From positions 12,958,001-13,022,000 of the forward strand of contig NC_043022.1 in assembly GCF_006345805.1 (NCBI RefSeq): DNA of 64,000 bases, given 5' to 3'. A program made the translations under genes and the position numbers. Positions 24,470 to 37,783 of this stretch are shown here, piece by piece; within the stretch, counting starts at the first letter, position 1; each line of letters starts with the position of its first letter. Under the pieces are notes generated by a model. The model worked only from the letters and a program-made list of their open reading frames with translations. It was not told the DNA's origin and ran no database searches. The stretch is from Octopus sinensis. Lineage: Eukaryota.

Positions 24470-25159
24470 TGATGATTGATTAGTTAAGAATTTATCCAAA
24501 TTTGAAAGATTTTAAAGGAAATAAGGCTGAAGCCTGATTTGGGAGCTGTCTAAGCTGTTCCCCTAACAGGGTTTGAGTGGGTTTATATATTTGGAAAAAG
24601 GCTCATTCTTGCGGATTTTTTAAAACAAATTTCGTTAAACTAACAAAAATGTGATGAAATATTACAAGTTTTGGTAAGTTTCTCTGTTTTATATTTGTGT
24701 TGCCATAGTGAGAAAGGATTCTTGCTAGAACATGCCTCCTTTATTTCCAACAGTTAACCACTTGACCATGAAATGAGAACAAAATCAGTCAAGCAAAGAG
24801 GTGTCAGTTAGGGCACAACACATAATAGATGGATTCAAGTTTGAACTCTTGACCCTGTGGTCAGTCTGACCACAGCAGTTGTATTTTGTAAATTAGAGGA
24901 GAAGTGTTTTCTCGAACAAACCTCAAGTGTTGCCTATCATATGGACATAACTTTAGAAGTGTACTTTTGTCACCATGGAAATATAAGTGAATATATAATA
25001 ATCATAATTCCACTCTTATCAAATTTCTTGGTACTTATACAAGTAATGGAATGAATACTAATTTCCAACCATCCATTTTCACAACCCACTACTCCTGGGA
25101 GGATTATGGAGGTTGTCCTCAGGTACCTTCTCCATAGGGTACTATTGGAAGCAACTGTC

Positions 25160-25540
25160 ATTACACTTTCCTGTCAGATCCCAAAACATGACCAACTGTC
25201 ACTATGAATATTATCCAACCATTTTGTTCATGGTCTGCCCCTAGATCTCCTGCCAGTTGGCTTGGCTTGAAGAACCCATCTTGTAATTCTTTTCTGCAAA
25301 ACTCTAACCAAATGTCTGTAGTAATGCAGCTGGGACCCGTCAATGTGGAGAAGTAACAGCTCAACCTGGTAAGACTCCCTGATCTCCAAGCTATGCACCT
25401 TGTTCAGTAATAGTTTTCTAGAAATCCTTTGCAGAAATCCCATTTCAGCCACTTGTATTTATGATTATATTCTTTGCCATTATCCAACATTTATGTCAAT
25501 AAGTGAGGATTGACATAAAACCAAATTGAAGATAACAAGT
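25160..25540 (-). mobile_element. Decayed RTE-type LINE 3' fragment
   Basis: ORF remnant EMGFLQRISRK...LHYYRHLVRV...KPTGRRSRGRP matches the RTE ORF2 C-terminal pattern (EM.FLR...W.GH..RM...G.R.RGRP). Confidence 0.65.
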
Positions 25541-26124
25541 TTCACTTTTTTTTTTTTTTAACCAATCTTTCCTCTTTTGAAAATTTAATATTTATTACTT
25601 TAAAATAGAATTAAATGAAACAAAATTCTCATTTGTATATTTATAAGTATGTTACCTTTTTTTTCTACATTTTAGCAACATAATCACAATCTATGCCATC
25701 ATAAACTTCTCTCTGCAAAATCTGAACTCCTCCCATAATTACTACCATTTCCTCTTTCCTCCTCCTCCTCCTTGTGATTCTTTCCCTCTCACTGTGTCTC
25801 TATGGCACCAAGTCTAGAATGTCCACTCATAGGACACCTCTTGCATTAACTCTTTCTGTATTATTCTTTTACTCTTTCCCCCTCTCTTTACACAATGTAA
25901 AGTGTAACCAGAGAAATCACCCCCAACTATCATTATATTTACTGTTTGTGTATTATGGGGGAGATGGGAGTTTGTTTAATTTTTCAAATGAATAAATGAT
26001 TGATTCCTTGATTTCAGAATCACTTGTAGATGCTGCTGTCGTCTTCAGTGACATTTAGAGGAAACCGTTCTATAAAAGCCAAACTATTTAAACTTTCTTC
26101 TTCTTGACCTTTTCGTTTTCGCAG

Positions 26125-26286
26125 AGAACAAAAGCAATAGTCGACCAAAGAAAACTGCGTGAAATAGAATTACACGATGCCAGACTTGCAGAAATCATTC
26201 AAGAACAGGAGAAGATCAAATCCCGGAGAGTGCGTGGCCGACGGGAGAGAGCAGCCGATGAGAGACAGGCAAACAAAGACAGTCAG
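26125..26286 (+). CDS. CCDC50: CCDC50-like exon (MIU-like helix)
   Basis: ttttcgcag acceptor, GTAAAT donor, phase 0->0: RTKAIVDQRKLREIELHDARLAEIIQEQEKIKSRRVRGRRERAADERQANKDSQ. Confidence 0.9.
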
Positions 26287-27609
26287 GTAAATTTTCAGAC
26301 TAATATATTGCTATAAATATTTTTAAGATGTATCTTCGTTTTCAGCAATTGTCTACAGCTGTTTCGTCATTCTTCTCCAAAACATGGCTTTATTTATTTT
26401 TTATTTTTATTCATTTGTTTTATCTTATTTTGTTATTTTTTGTTAATATCTATTTTTTTTCCAAACAGAATGACAGAATCTTCACTAACTTTCAGTCTTC
26501 AGGGCTTTGATTTTTTTTTCATTTGAAAATATGAATTTATTTTCAAAAGGTGCAGTAAAGAGCAAGGCTAGGTTGTACTTATCAGCAATTCACAAAGTTA
26601 GGTAATTGGCTAAATCAAGGGCCCTTTTTCCTCTAAAAAGTATAGTCACTACAAGATTTATCCCTGTCAGATTGTCTTGTCTTAATTTTCCCCCTGCAAC
26701 CCAGTAAATTACGTCCCAAATGCACACATTACCGAAGTTTGGGTCTGTTTTCCATCTCGGCAATGTAAGAATTCTTCTGCTATTTCAAATATACACTTTT
26801 TGCCATTTCTCTATCAAAGATTTCAAACACCAACTCCTAATCCTACCATGAATCTATCTAGAAGTGATTCTCTCTCTCTCTCTTACAACAACTAGCTGCC
26901 TGAGCTCACCACATATTATTGTTATTTTTGTTACGACTTACACAGAAAAGGAAATGGCAGCACACCTTGGACATTTTACCAGTTGTTGAAGATTGATAGG
27001 ATTGTTGTGGGGTGGGGTGGGAGAGCGCTGAAACAGCCACAAGTCCTGAGTTATTCCAGTGGCCAGACGCATCAAGATATTACAATGTCTTCAGACTAGA
27101 GATGATCTGGTGTGATTGTTTACAACAAAGAGTGGACAGCACTGAAGCCATCCACAGACTGGAGGTGATGGAGGTCATGTTGAATCCTGCTAGAGATCTG
27201 TCTGTCTGTGTGTCTCACCCAATGTTTGTTCTCTGTGTTCCTGATATTGTTTCATATTGGATATATTGATAAATGTTTTGACACAGGTTTTTATACGTTG
27301 GTTGATATGGTTTTCAGTATGAGTTTGTTTGATATGGTTTTACATATTTATTTGGTATGTTTTTATTTAATATATATATATTTGTTTGATACATTTTATG
27401 TATTTGTTTGATATATATTTTTTATGCCGTTTGATATGTTGCTATATTGTTTGATATGGGAGACCATATTCTATTGAATGTCTCCTTTTAACCTGTTTTC
27501 AGTGCTGTTGTTATTGTTGTTTCTGTTTGTGTTGCTACTCCAAGTTTAGAAGCAAACATTGTCCTCCGTTTCTAAACACTCACAGATACACTCCATCTTT
27601 TGCATCTCC

Positions 27610-27612
<3 letters not shown>

Positions 27613-27668
<56 letters not shown>

Positions 27669-27815
27669 TATGTCCTTAAAATATATATATATATAAATAT
27701 ATATGTCCTTAAAATATATATATATAAAATATATATGTCCTTAAAATATATATATATATAAAATATATATGTCCTTAAAATATATATATATATATAATAT
27801 ATATGTCCTTAAAAT
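27613..27815. repeat. (TA)n followed by about 5 copies of tatgtccttaaaa(TA)n
   Basis: Directly visible tandem repeat with variable TA spacer. Confidence 0.9.
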
Positions 27816-28026
27816 ATCGATCAGCCTGTTTATATTGCCTCTGTGTGTATGTATATGTGTGTGTGTATATATATGTTAGTCATAGATTGTTTACGTCAAG
27901 AGCGGAGAGTATCTGCAATACCAGGAATGAATTACGAATGCATAACAGTCCCTGTGAGGGTGGGGTATATCTGGTTGTAGCACCTGAATTGGAAAAAAGT
28001 GTTTGTTCTTTGGAATTAAAGTAAAT

Positions 28027-28258
28027 TTAACCCTTTTGGTATGAAGCCTTCTCTGAGACTGCCCCTTGGTTTTATGACGCAGAATTATTGTTTTAAAGAG
28101 ATCTAAATTAAAATCTTTCATTAAAATTTCGTGTTAATTTTGTCCTGATCATTGACTTAATGAAGGGAGTTATTTCACTAAATTCTTTGATATTTAACAA
28201 AATTAAAACAAAACGAAGGCAGCGTATTTCAACAGAAATATGGTAACAAAAGGGTTAA
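28027..28258. mobile_element. piggyBac-type MITE, second family
   Basis: TTAA|CCCTTTTG...CAAAAGGG|TTAA. Confidence 0.75.
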
Positions 28259-29042
28259 CATTCACAAAGTTTTGGTCGGCCTAGGGTTACAGAAGATAAT
28301 GCTTGCTCAATATGGGATTGAACCCAAAGCCACATGATTGGGAAGCAAACTTCTTAACCACACTATGATGATGTCTGCACCGATTTCTTAACCTCAAAGC
28401 ATGCCTGCACATAGTTTTACTGCAAAAGATGTCCTGGTGAATAACCTTATCACCGATTGAATAAGTGTGTTAATCTGATTTGATCTCCTTCAGTTTTCAT
28501 GTAACCATTACCAGACATTCTCTCTCTCTCTCTCTATAAAGATATCTTGTATTATCTGGTCTAGATTTAAGTCTTAAACTGTATTGTCATGCCTGAAATG
28601 TCGTAGGTTAAACCTGTAACATTGGCAGCTGTGAGTAATATTTGTATTTCAGAAATCCCGAATTAGGGCAGGATATGAAAAAATATCTGAAGATCTCTAA
28701 TTTTTTCCTTTTTTTCAAATCTCTTTCGGATCTTTATTTCACCATCTTGTTATATATTCTCCAAGAACATCTCCCCTATAAAGCTAGACAATATCTATTT
28801 AGTGATATTTTTTGCAATGTGACGGTTGAACATGGCTGTTTCGATGCTGACGATTTGGCACGGCTGACTGGACATTCAGCCTGTTTTGGTGACAGTTTCG
28901 GTGATGCATGCATGTGAAGAAATAGACACACAGACAGATTACAATTTAATTGAACATGAGTGACATAAACCCTTTCCCTCATTTTATACTCAGAGTGAGA
29001 GAGAGAAAGAAGAAAGGAGTGAAAGGATGAAAGAAACATTAT

Positions 29043-29262
29043 CCCTTTAGCATTTAAACTGGTAATATTCGGCTTAAATATTCCACTTGTTATGTGTTCA
29101 AACCAACCAGATCTGGCCTCTTGTACCCACTCAACAATGTCATTCTAAAAATAAACAATCACTTCATCAAAGTCTTGAAGCTGCGAGATAATGGCTGGTT
29201 AATTCAAAACAATGTGAATAAATAGATGTCACATTTGACCGAGTAATTTGAATGCTAAAGGG
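29043..29262. mobile_element. piggyBac-type MITE, older copy
   Basis: ccctttagcattt...aatgctaaaggg, TSDs decayed, internal homology to 29406-29634. Confidence 0.75.
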
Positions 29263-29405
29263 TGACACCATTTGATGTCAAATAAGCCAGCGTTGTATCA
29301 GAAGTGCCATCTAGGCAGCACCGAAACAGCTGTACCGAAATGTCTCATACTCTTATTTCATTCTAGTTTGGTTAACAACAAAATCGTTAAGACAACCAAA
29401 CATCT

Positions 29406-29634
29406 TTAACCCTTTAGCATTTAAACCGGCCATATGCGGCCAAAAGTATTCTGCCTGTTTTATGTTCAAACTGGCCAGATCTGGTCTCTCACACCAACCC
29501 TACAATATTGTTTTAAAAATTAACAGCTACCTCATCAAAATCTCATAGCACCAAGATAATGCCTGATTAGTTCAAGGCAATGTGGATAAAAAAGGATTAA
29601 TTGTGGCAGAATAATGCAAACACTAAAGGGTTAA
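29406..29634. mobile_element. piggyBac-type MITE
   Basis: TTAA|CCCTTTAG...CTAAAGGG|TTAA. Confidence 0.85.
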
Positions 29635-30238
29635 ATGAGACTGTTTTTTTTTTCCTTTTTTTCTGTCCTCTTAAAAGCTTACCTGAACTCCCCCCACCCC
29701 CACCTCCCTGACAGTTCTTTCTAGAACAAGATGGCTGTGTTTTCTGTTATATTGGCAGGAAAGATTTTCTTCATTATTCACGGGGTGCACGCAGAACAGC
29801 AAGAATCCAAGCAATTATGCATCCTATTCACTCTCAGTACATTCAAGCAGATTTGAACCTGAATACCTGATCCCTGTTGTTTTTCATCAGCAGAGACCAA
29901 CACCTCCCTTTAGATAATGTTTGTTCATAGTATGCATGATTCACCAGTAAAAAGGGGCACTTTGAGACCCCGTGGTGTTTCAATGAACACACGTTGCCTA
30001 AAGGGAGGTGATGTTTTCAGGTAGCAAAGCACGACTGCAATCAGGTATTCACACTCAAATCTACCTGAATGTAATAAGAATGAATAGACAAGAGATAATA
30101 GGTTGTTGTTTTCTTTATCATTTTATTTCTTCTTTTATGTGGATAAATTTCTAGCTTCATTTTACTAAACCTGTTGAATGCAACACAAGCTGTTTACGGT
30201 AACCCCTTCATTACACATGAGCTTCTGGCTAATTGCAG

Positions 30239-30930
30239 ATTAATGGCCATAGGAATCGGCCACAAAGCATGACAGAGGTCACAAACCAGCAATCATCTTC
30301 ATCACCCGATGTCGGGCGACCAGTCCAGGCACAGCATGGCAGTGCTGCTTCACACATTTCCAATTCCATAAGCTCAACTTCTCAACAGTCCAAGGACCAC
30401 CACCATCAAGTACAACGAACTGTATCACTAGGAAATACTTCTGCATGCAGGAAGGCTGCATCAAAACCTCCTCACTCCCACATCTCTCATTCCATGAAAG
30501 AGAAGCCATCCGATAGGTCAAACCATAGCGACCACCATGCCTCTTACAGGAATGGTCGACAGACAATGGGAGTTATCCCAAATGGTGCTCAGAATGGCAA
30601 TGATAGAGGCTCTGAATGTCTCTATGGTAATGGAAGCCAGCCTGCCATGAACAGACGGAGACCTCCTCCTGGCCCTGCCCGCTTACCAAGCGCCAGGGAC
30701 AGTCTAAATAACACAGAAGCACATAACGTGGAGCATTGGTTGACAGGTTGCCCCGTGGAGTACAGTCCAAAGAACGGTCATTCACAGAAGTCTCCTTTGC
30801 GTGAATGGGAAGCTGAGCTGATGGGTGATCATTTATCAGAAGTGAGCTCTAGGGGGAGCACGGACTTAAGGTTGCCTTCTCCTTCTCCACCTGATAGTTC
30901 GCACAGTGAACATGACCCTTCATCACTTAG
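30239..30930 (+). CDS. CCDC50: CCDC50-like large exon (Ser/His/Gln/Pro-rich, probably disordered)
   Basis: 692 nt non-repetitive open frame INGHRNRPQS...EHDPSSL, ttgcag acceptor (weak pyrimidine tract), GTATGT donor, phase 0->2. The ORF-track extension to 31537 is intronic CT repeat. Confidence 0.82.
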
Positions 30931-31182
30931 GTATGTAAGAACTACTACTGAGTGTCTTTCTGCTGCTACATTACATCTCTCCCTCATTAGCCCGCTCTTC
31001 CTCTCTCTCTCTCTCTCTCTCTCTCTCCCCCTTACCCACTTTCCTCCTCCTCCTCTTTCCCTCCCTCCCTTACTGGCCCACTCTTCTTTTATTCCTCTCT
31101 CTCTCTCTCACTACTCTTCTTTTCCTCTATCTGTCTCCCTCTCTTCATCCCTCTCTAACTTGTTCTTGTTTCTCTCTCTCTT

Positions 31183-31385
31183 TTTTGGCCTGCTCTTTCT
31201 CTCTCCCCTTTTGGCCTGCTCTCTCACTCCCTCTCTTTCTCTCTCCCTTTTTGGCCTGCTCTCTCACTCCCTCTCTTTCTCTCTCCCTTTTTGGCCTGCT
31301 CTCTCACTCCCTCTCTTTCTCTCTCCCCTTTTGGCCTGCTCTCTCGCTCCCTCTCATTCTCTCTCCCTTACTGGCCTGCTCGTTC
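31183..31385. repeat. 40-bp pyrimidine-rich minisatellite, about 5 units
   Basis: ttttggcctgctctctcactccctctctttctctctccc recurring every 40 nt. Confidence 0.85.
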
Positions 31386-32279
31386 CCTCTTTCTCACCCT
31401 CATTCCCTCCCTCTTATATATTTGTCCCTTTCTCTCTCACTTTTCTCTCCTTCTTCTGTTCCTTGCACTCAATCTCCCTGGCTCTCTTTACTCTTTCCTT
31501 TATTGCTCATTCTGCTCCCCTGCTTTCTCGTCTATAAATTTTCCAAGATGCCATTAACTCACATGCACATAATACATTCTCTCTCTCTTCTCTCTCTCCT
31601 CCCCCTTACACTGCATCCTTTCCATTCTTTCCTTCTCACCTATCCTCCTCTTTATCTCCCCATCTTTCTGCCTCTCTCTCTCTCTGTCTCTCTGTCCAGA
31701 TAACATCCCCAACTGAATTACTAAAATATCCCCTGACTCTCCCCTGTAGACCAGCAATATACCTTTTATTACTTGCCTCTACCCTGAGTAGCCCCCATCT
31801 CCTACACATTCATTTTTTGGCCTGTTTTTGCTGGAATTTGAACTCCTCAATAATTTTTAGATCTCCCTACCATATAGTTTCTCCCTGAAGTCCACCACAA
31901 TTTTATTTAAGGCTCACTGTATTTATTTACATCTATGGGTTGGGCTGGTTTGTAAATTTAAGCATCTACTCAATGCTGGAACATTTATTTTATCACACAT
32001 ATCTCTACTTCTCATCCCACTTCTATCTGCTAGAGGGCTGGAACTTTTCCATTCACTAGATCAATGGTTTTCAACCAAGGTCCATATAAAATATATTAAG
32101 AATTGCATGCAATAAATAATACCTTTACAATATTTTAACAATTTTTTTATACAATCCCTAATAATATTTAATTATAAAATATAATGGGATCTATTAAAAC
32201 TTCGAATGACTATGGGTGTGAAAGGGTCCACAGGCAAAAAAATATTGTCAAGGAGTTACAACATAACTTATGCAGTTAT

Positions 32280-32495
32280 AAGGTGGCGAGCTGGCAGAAA
32301 TGTTAGCACACCGGGTGAAATGCTTAGCAGTATTTCGACTGTCTTTACGTTCTGAGTTCAAATTCTGCTGAGGTCGACTTTGCCTTTCATCCTTTCGGGG
32401 TCGATAAATTAAGTACCAGTTGTGTACTGGAGTCGATCTAATCAACAGGTCCCATCCCCTAAAATTTCGGGCCTTGTTCCTAGAATAGAAAAGTA
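32280..32495 (+). mobile_element. SINE family A (alternative 3' end subfamily)
   Basis: Full head and core; ends aaaatttcgggccttgttcctagaatagaaaag. Confidence 0.8.
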
Positions 32496-33085
32496 AAGAA
32501 TGTTTCAACACCTGACTATAGGGTCCTCATCATCACTGTTTTAACATCCACTTCTCTTTGATTACATGGGTGAAATGGGATTATTTAAGGCAAATTTTCT
32601 ATGGCTGGAGACCCTTCCTGCCATCAACTGTCACTTTTTTTCTCCCCCACAAGATATTTCCCTATGGTCAGAAATGTTTTCATAGAAGATGGGGGAAACA
32701 AAAGACACTGCTTTTATATGATGGCAATGCTGGTTCAATCTTCATGCAATGTCAAAACAAAAGAGACACACAGACATACTTTACACAATAGGCTTCTTTC
32801 AGTTTCCTGTTGCCAAATCACTCACAAGGCTTTCGAGTAGACTAATGTCTTAAAACTACATTTTTCTGTTTGGGTTCTCCTTGAAACCAATATTTCCAAA
32901 ATTTAACACACACACACACACACACACACTGACACATGTTAACCTTTCACCTTTCATGTCATCTCATTCTACTCATCATGTGACCTTCTCAAAGAAAAGA
33001 GAATTTATTAAAAGAATTTCTGCAGGTTTTTTTTTATGAGTTATTTTGTGCTATAGGAGGATAGAAGCAAATAGTATACATAAGT

Positions 33086-33307
33086 GGAGGCGCAATGGCC
33101 CAGTGGTTAGAGCAGCGGACTCGCGGTCGGAGGATCGCGGTTTCGATTCCCAGACCGGGCGTTGTGCGTGTTTATTGAGCGAAAACACCTAAAAAGCTCC
33201 ACGAGGCTCCGGGGGGGGGGGTGCGACCCCTGTTGTACTCTAAACGGCGGTGCATCAGCATGGCCGCAGCTCTGAGCTGAAACTAGAAAAAAAAATAAAT
33301 AAAATAA
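33086..33307 (+). mobile_element. SINE family C head joined to the shared ggcggtgc...ctgaaac tail
   Basis: CpG-intact tRNA-like head, body to 33240, then the same tail seen alone at 2597-2645. Confidence 0.8.
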
Positions 33308-33376
33308 GCCCCCCCACCTCCACTAACTTCTAGGACGTTACTCCACCACCACCACCATCTTACTGAACCTTCTTCT

Positions 33377-33408
<32 letters not shown>

Positions 33409-34605
33409 CTCTCTCCAATTCATTTGAATATTCTATCAAAAACCATTCCCTACCCCTTGCAAACCTATCATTAATCTTCCCCACCACCATCTCTGGTGAT
33501 GGTGTCTTACAACCAACAAATCCAACACCATCATTTTCTTCTTTAACAATCCTAAATGATGTTATTTCAAACCCATTGCCTTCCCAGCATCCCTGCTCTC
33601 CCCAACCCCCCTCTCCATCTCCTGCTGCTTTTGTCTGCTTCGCTTCATCATTTGTTTGTAAATCTGCAATGTTTAAGTTCAAACCCTGGCTGCGACACCG
33701 CTTTTATTAACTGCAATTTTCTTTTTATTAACACCTTTTTATTTACCTATTTTATTTTTTTTTGTTATTTTTGTTAATTCTGCTTTCCAGCAATTTTTTC
33801 TTTATTTTTTTTTTATTGTGTTGAGAGAATTTTTTTTTTTATATATATTCTTAAGTTGATTGAGGTCAAGACATCAGCTCTTGATGTTTCAAGACTCCAG
33901 CCTTGTTTAAGATGTCTGTTGGTACAGATTCACTTCAATTATTAAGCTAGTGTATTTGAGAAAGGCATGAAGCATGACAACATTCTATTTTCATTCCTTT
34001 CTTCCTTGAAATCAAGGGCCACCAGGCCTGGTCAGAATGAAAGTACTTATCATATGATGAGTGTTGTAATTTGTTTGAAGCATTGTGTTAGATGACTGCA
34101 GCAATGTCATTTGACTATTAAACATCAGTAAGATCAAGAACAAAGATACCAAAATGTTACCTCAAAAATGTTCAATGGTTTTGATATTTCGGGCAAAATA
34201 CTCCTTTTCAAAGATTTAAGAGAACTGGAGGGAATAATAAATTTCTGTTTAAGTTGACATGTCTGGCTTGTAAAAGAGTCATTCAAATACATTTATTCTC
34301 GCTATCTATCATAAAAATTTTGTAAAAGGGTATATTGCCCAAAATATCTTGGCCATTAAATATTTTAAAGGTAACAATTCAATATCCTTGTTTGTATTCT
34401 TATTGATGTTTTATCTTCTAACAGTATTTTTGTATATTATATCTACTTTAATTTAGATATTTGAAAACCCGGCATTGGTTGTGTGAGGGAGTTAACCACC
34501 TTTCACACGCAGTGGCTTCTTCATTTTCTGTGCTCTGTTTTTACTCAAGAGACCTGGATCTAACTGACCTGTAAAGTTAACTAAATATACAGAATACACT
34601 TTGAT

Positions 34606-34890
34606 AGATTGTGGTACCAACATACATCTAAGTAGACTGTGGTACCAATACACATCTAAGTAGACTGTGGTACCAACACGCATCTAAGTAGACTGTGGTA
34701 CTAACACACATCTAAGTAGACTGTGGTACCAACACACATCTAAGTAGTCTATGGTACCAACACACATCTAAGTAGACTGTGGTACCAACACACATCTAAG
34801 TAGACTGTGGTACTAACACACATCTAAGTAGACTGTGGTACCAACATACGTCTAACAAAAAAAATGTGGTACCAACACACATCTAAGCAG
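34606..34890. repeat. 28-bp minisatellite, about 9-10 units
   Basis: gtggtaccaacacacatctaagtagact in tandem. Confidence 0.92.
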
Positions 34891-35657
34891 TTTAAAAGCT
34901 AAATGTTAGTGCTTGGCCTAGTACAGCTCCACTTAACCCCTGTGAATCCAAACTCTTCAGCCATATTCTTCCCTCTTCCCATACCAAACCCTTACATTTA
35001 GAAGGTGCATAGTTTAGTGACAATTGTGAGATTGTGGTTTCAGTTCCTGGACCAGGCAGTGCATCGTGTTCTTAAGCAAGGTGCTTCATTTCACTTTGCC
35101 CCAGTCCACTCAGTTGAAAATGAGTTCCAACAATAACTAGGAAGTTAACCTTGCAACAAACTAGTGTCCCTTTCAGTGGAGGTGTTGTAATCTCTGTCAC
35201 CCTTAAGCCATGGAAAACGAAATTCTTGGGTATATGATAAACCCTTGGGTCAACTCTTATCTTTGAATTCATCATCCTTGTTTAATGTCCCCTTTTCCTT
35301 GCCCACATGGGTCAAATGGAATTTGCTGAAGTGGGTTTTCTATGGCCAGTTGCCCTTTGTGTTGCAAACCTTTACCTGTTTTCAAGTAGGGTAATATTTC
35401 CCTATGACCAGAAATGTCTTGGAAGATTGCAAAGGACATCGTCTGCATGACGGTGACAACCGTCGCTCAGTGTCAAGGCCTAGAGACAGTAAAACGCATA
35501 CACACCAAAGACTTCTTTCAGTTCCTGTCAGGAGGCTTTGGTTAGCTCAGGGCAACAGTAGAAGACATTTTCCCCAGGTGCTGCACAGGAGGACTGATTC
35601 TGAAACTATATTGGTTGGGAAGCAGACTTCTTACCACACTCCTCCTGCACCTCTTTG

Positions 35658-35871
35658 CCCTTTTACTTGTTTCAGTCATTTGACTGCGGCCATGCTGGAG
35701 CACCGCCTTTAATCGAGCAAATCGACCCCGGGACTTATTCTTTTTGTAAGCCCAGTACTTATTCTAGCGGTCTCTTTTGCCGAACCGCTAAGTAACGGGG
35801 ACAAAAACACACCAGCATCGGTTGTCAAGCAATGCTAGGGGGACAAACACAGACACACAAACACACACATG

Positions 35872-35903
<32 letters not shown>

Positions 35904-36069
35904 TACGACGGGCTTCTTTCAGTTTCCATCTACCAAATCCACTCACAAGGCTTTGGTCGGCCCGAGGCTATTTTAGAAGACACTTGCCCAAGATGCCACG
36001 CAGTGGGACTGAACCCGGAACCATGTGGTTGGTAAACAAGGTACTTACCACACAGCCACTCCTGCGCCT
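35658..36069 (-). mobile_element. SINE family B, full length
   Basis: Reverse complement of 3773-4178; further copies or fragments at about 36460-36822, 39108-39430, 55848-56090, 58021-58108, 58655-58950. Confidence 0.85.
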
Positions 36070-36679
36070 GTGTTTATGTTCAGTGAAACTCTAGTCACCT
36101 CATTATCGATTCCTTTCATTCTTGCTTCCGTCCGCTCAGCTGAAGACGGGGAAGAGACAGCTGATGGATGCAGGGGAGGTAACTCTGACAGACTGATGTC
36201 CCGTTCAGTGAGAAGTTTCTGATCGCAGTTGTTTAAGCACCAAGAAAATACAATTAAGACCCAACCAGATGAGGTTGTAGTTTCGAAACCAATGAACCCC
36301 TCTGATTCTTTTGCTGTAGGTAAACAGTAATTTGCTTATTTGTGAATTTCATCTTGCAAACCTTGTATACACATCATTTTCCTTTGTGCTCTAACTGTAA
36401 AATGTGTGCACAGTTTTTAAAAAAAACACTGCTTAGATTTTTTTCCCTCTTTTTTAATCTAGTACTTATTCCATCGATCCCTTTTGCTGAGCTGCCAAGT
36501 CAGAAGGGTGTAAACAAACCAACACCAGTTGTCAAGAGGTGGTGGGTGACAAACACAAAGGCACACACACACATGTACATACGCACACATGTACATACAC
36601 AAACACACATGTACATACATACACACACACACTCACATGTACATACACACACATGTACATACACACACACAAACACATG

Positions 36680-36715
<36 letters not shown>

Positions 36716-37619
36716 TGATGGGCTTTCAGTTTCCATCTTCCAAATTCACTCGGAAGGCTTTGGTTGGCCTGGGTCTGTTGTAGCAAACACTTGCCAAAAG
36801 TGCCACACAGCCATACCTGCACCTATTAGTCTATTATGACAGATTTCAATTAAATCTGTTGTGCTTTTCAGAGGCAAAAAAAAACAAAAAACCTGACAAT
36901 CCACGATGGAACCTTATCCAAAGCAGCATTGAAACTCAGAATATGCCACACTGATTTACCTCCCTTGTTGCCAAGGTTCCAAATTTTGGAGAATACATTT
37001 TATATTTTGCTAACTTCCATTTTCATCAACTGCAACCGTTTCCTTCAGTTGGATAGATGAACCATAACAAGTAGAACCCTGTTTTTTACCAGGGCTTGTT
37101 AAGGCTAGCAGAATGATGTACCCTTTGCTCTGACTAAGTTTAACAATATAAATACCTTAGCTTTCCGATACCCTCAACAAATGAGAATTGAACTCAAGAC
37201 CTTGAAGGTAATGGCAGGGAAGCACCTTGCACTCATCAACCCCTTGGCATCACTGTCTTAAATCTAGAACTCATAGGTCCAGTTACCCAGTTTCCATGGC
37301 CTTTAAGGGCCCACTATGACAATGTTTTCCCAGAACGGGATGTCAGTGCATTGCAAGGTTACTCTTTTGCGGCTGAGTGGACTGAACCAATGTAAAATGA
37401 GGTGTTTGCTAAAGGACAAAACCCATCACCCAGTCTGGGAATTGAAACCACAATTTTGCAGTCATGACTGCAACACCACAACCACTAGGTCATGCGTTTT
37501 CACCTCAGCCCCACAAACACAGTAAAGCTACTCTTCTTTAGTCTGAACATATTGTTTAGTTTGTTTCTATGGACCAATAAGGAATCTTCTTGAATTTAAA
37601 AGAACAGACCCTTCTAAAT

Positions 37620-37783
37620 TAGTGCTCCACAACCTTTTTCCATTTGCAGTACACTTATATTCTTTTCAAAATTCGGTGGCAACTAATAATATAACTAAAA
37701 GTATATTCAGGTCACACTGCAGCCTACCTAACATCAGCCCATGGCACACAGGTGTGCCACAGCATACTGGTTGAGGAGCACTG
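37620..37783. mobile_element. hAT-like MITE
   Basis: TIRs tagtgctccacaacc / ggttgaggagcactg; 8-bp TSD ttctaaat / atctaaat (7/8 match). Confidence 0.7.

Noticed and set aside
30931-31703. Hydrophobic Leu/Ser-rich extension suggesting transmembrane segments
   Set aside because: It is translation of CT-rich intron and a 40-bp minisatellite beyond the GTATGT donor.
33086-33160. Functional tRNA gene (also 20532 and 50682)
   Set aside because: These are tRNA-like heads that run directly into a shared SINE body, with no clean cloverleaf or terminator.
36262-36295. Hammerhead-like cagatgag...cgaaac
   Set aside because: The core is CAGAUGA rather than CUGAUGA, and stems I and III cannot be formed convincingly.
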